From the IMG/VR virus record IMGVR_UViG_3300029922_000003: a stretch of 64,000 bases of DNA. The stretch is one strand, 5' to 3'. The notes below the pieces were generated by a model. It saw only the letters and a program-made list of their open reading frames with translations, ran no database searches and was not told the origin of the DNA. Shown here one piece after another: positions 63,843 through 64,000 of the stretch. The first letter of the stretch is position 1; every line of letters begins with the position of its first letter. The translations under genes were made by a program, and so were the position numbers. The stretch comes from a virus.

Positions 63843-64000
63843 TTACTTTCCTTGGTTGAGGGCTTCGAGTTTGGCTTTTGCGCTCCTCCACTTGGTATAA
63901 TTCTCATCTGCTGGATGAGCGGGGCTTGGGATAATCGGCATTGCCTCTACCAACTCCTCCGCAACCTTCCGGTATGCCTCGGCGCGTTCGTTCGCGGCGG
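63843..64000 (-). CDS. C-terminus of a gene entering from the right edge
   Basis: Open frame ...AYRKVAEELVEAM...KLEALNQGK*. Confidence 0.5.
   Translation of the reverse strand, partial: AANERAEAYRKVAEELVEAMPIIPSPAHPADENYTKWRSAKAKLEALNQGK

Noticed and set aside
138-63900. Most plus-strand and nested ORFs in the track (for example 7511-7861, 14271-14981, 19629-20324, 36315-36797)
   Set aside because: They are antisense or off-frame shadows of long minus-strand genes, with no SD or recognisable motifs. Only 12822-13154, 49679-50149 and the tnpB remnant are credible on the plus strand.
1-64000. Stop-codon reassignment, as in some large phages
   Set aside because: Standard-code ORFs tile the window densely, conserved RNAP motifs are uninterrupted, and TAA, TAG and TGA all end genes.

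Overview
This window is a 64-kb segment of a large (probably jumbo) tailed dsDNA phage genome, read in the standard genetic code and encoded almost entirely on the minus strand. Two kinds of block alternate. Core/late blocks carry a prohead protease (off the left edge and missed by the ORF track), a probable portal, many Gly/Ala-rich proteins sharing a K-x-A motif and an MNKYAxxYF...KxA N-terminal peptide, a lysozyme-family protein, a papain-like protease, glycosyltransferases and two modular fibre-like proteins. They also carry a bacterial-type multisubunit RNA polymerase in three pieces: beta-N (35067-36497), a beta-C/beta'-N fusion (19194-24206) and beta'-C (13151-15511). Two inteins interrupt its catalytic DFDGD motif and trigger loop. 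Accessory blocks (10.3-11.3, 24.7-34.9, parts of 50-57 and 62-64 kb) hold small genes with strong SD leaders separated by repeated terminator/leader units. Also present are tRNA-Arg(UCU), tRNA-Cys(GCA), two degenerate tRNA-like elements, a SET-domain gene and the tnpB 3' end plus right end of an IS200/IS605 element. All family calls come from motif recognition by eye; no searches were run, so novelty relative to databases is not established.
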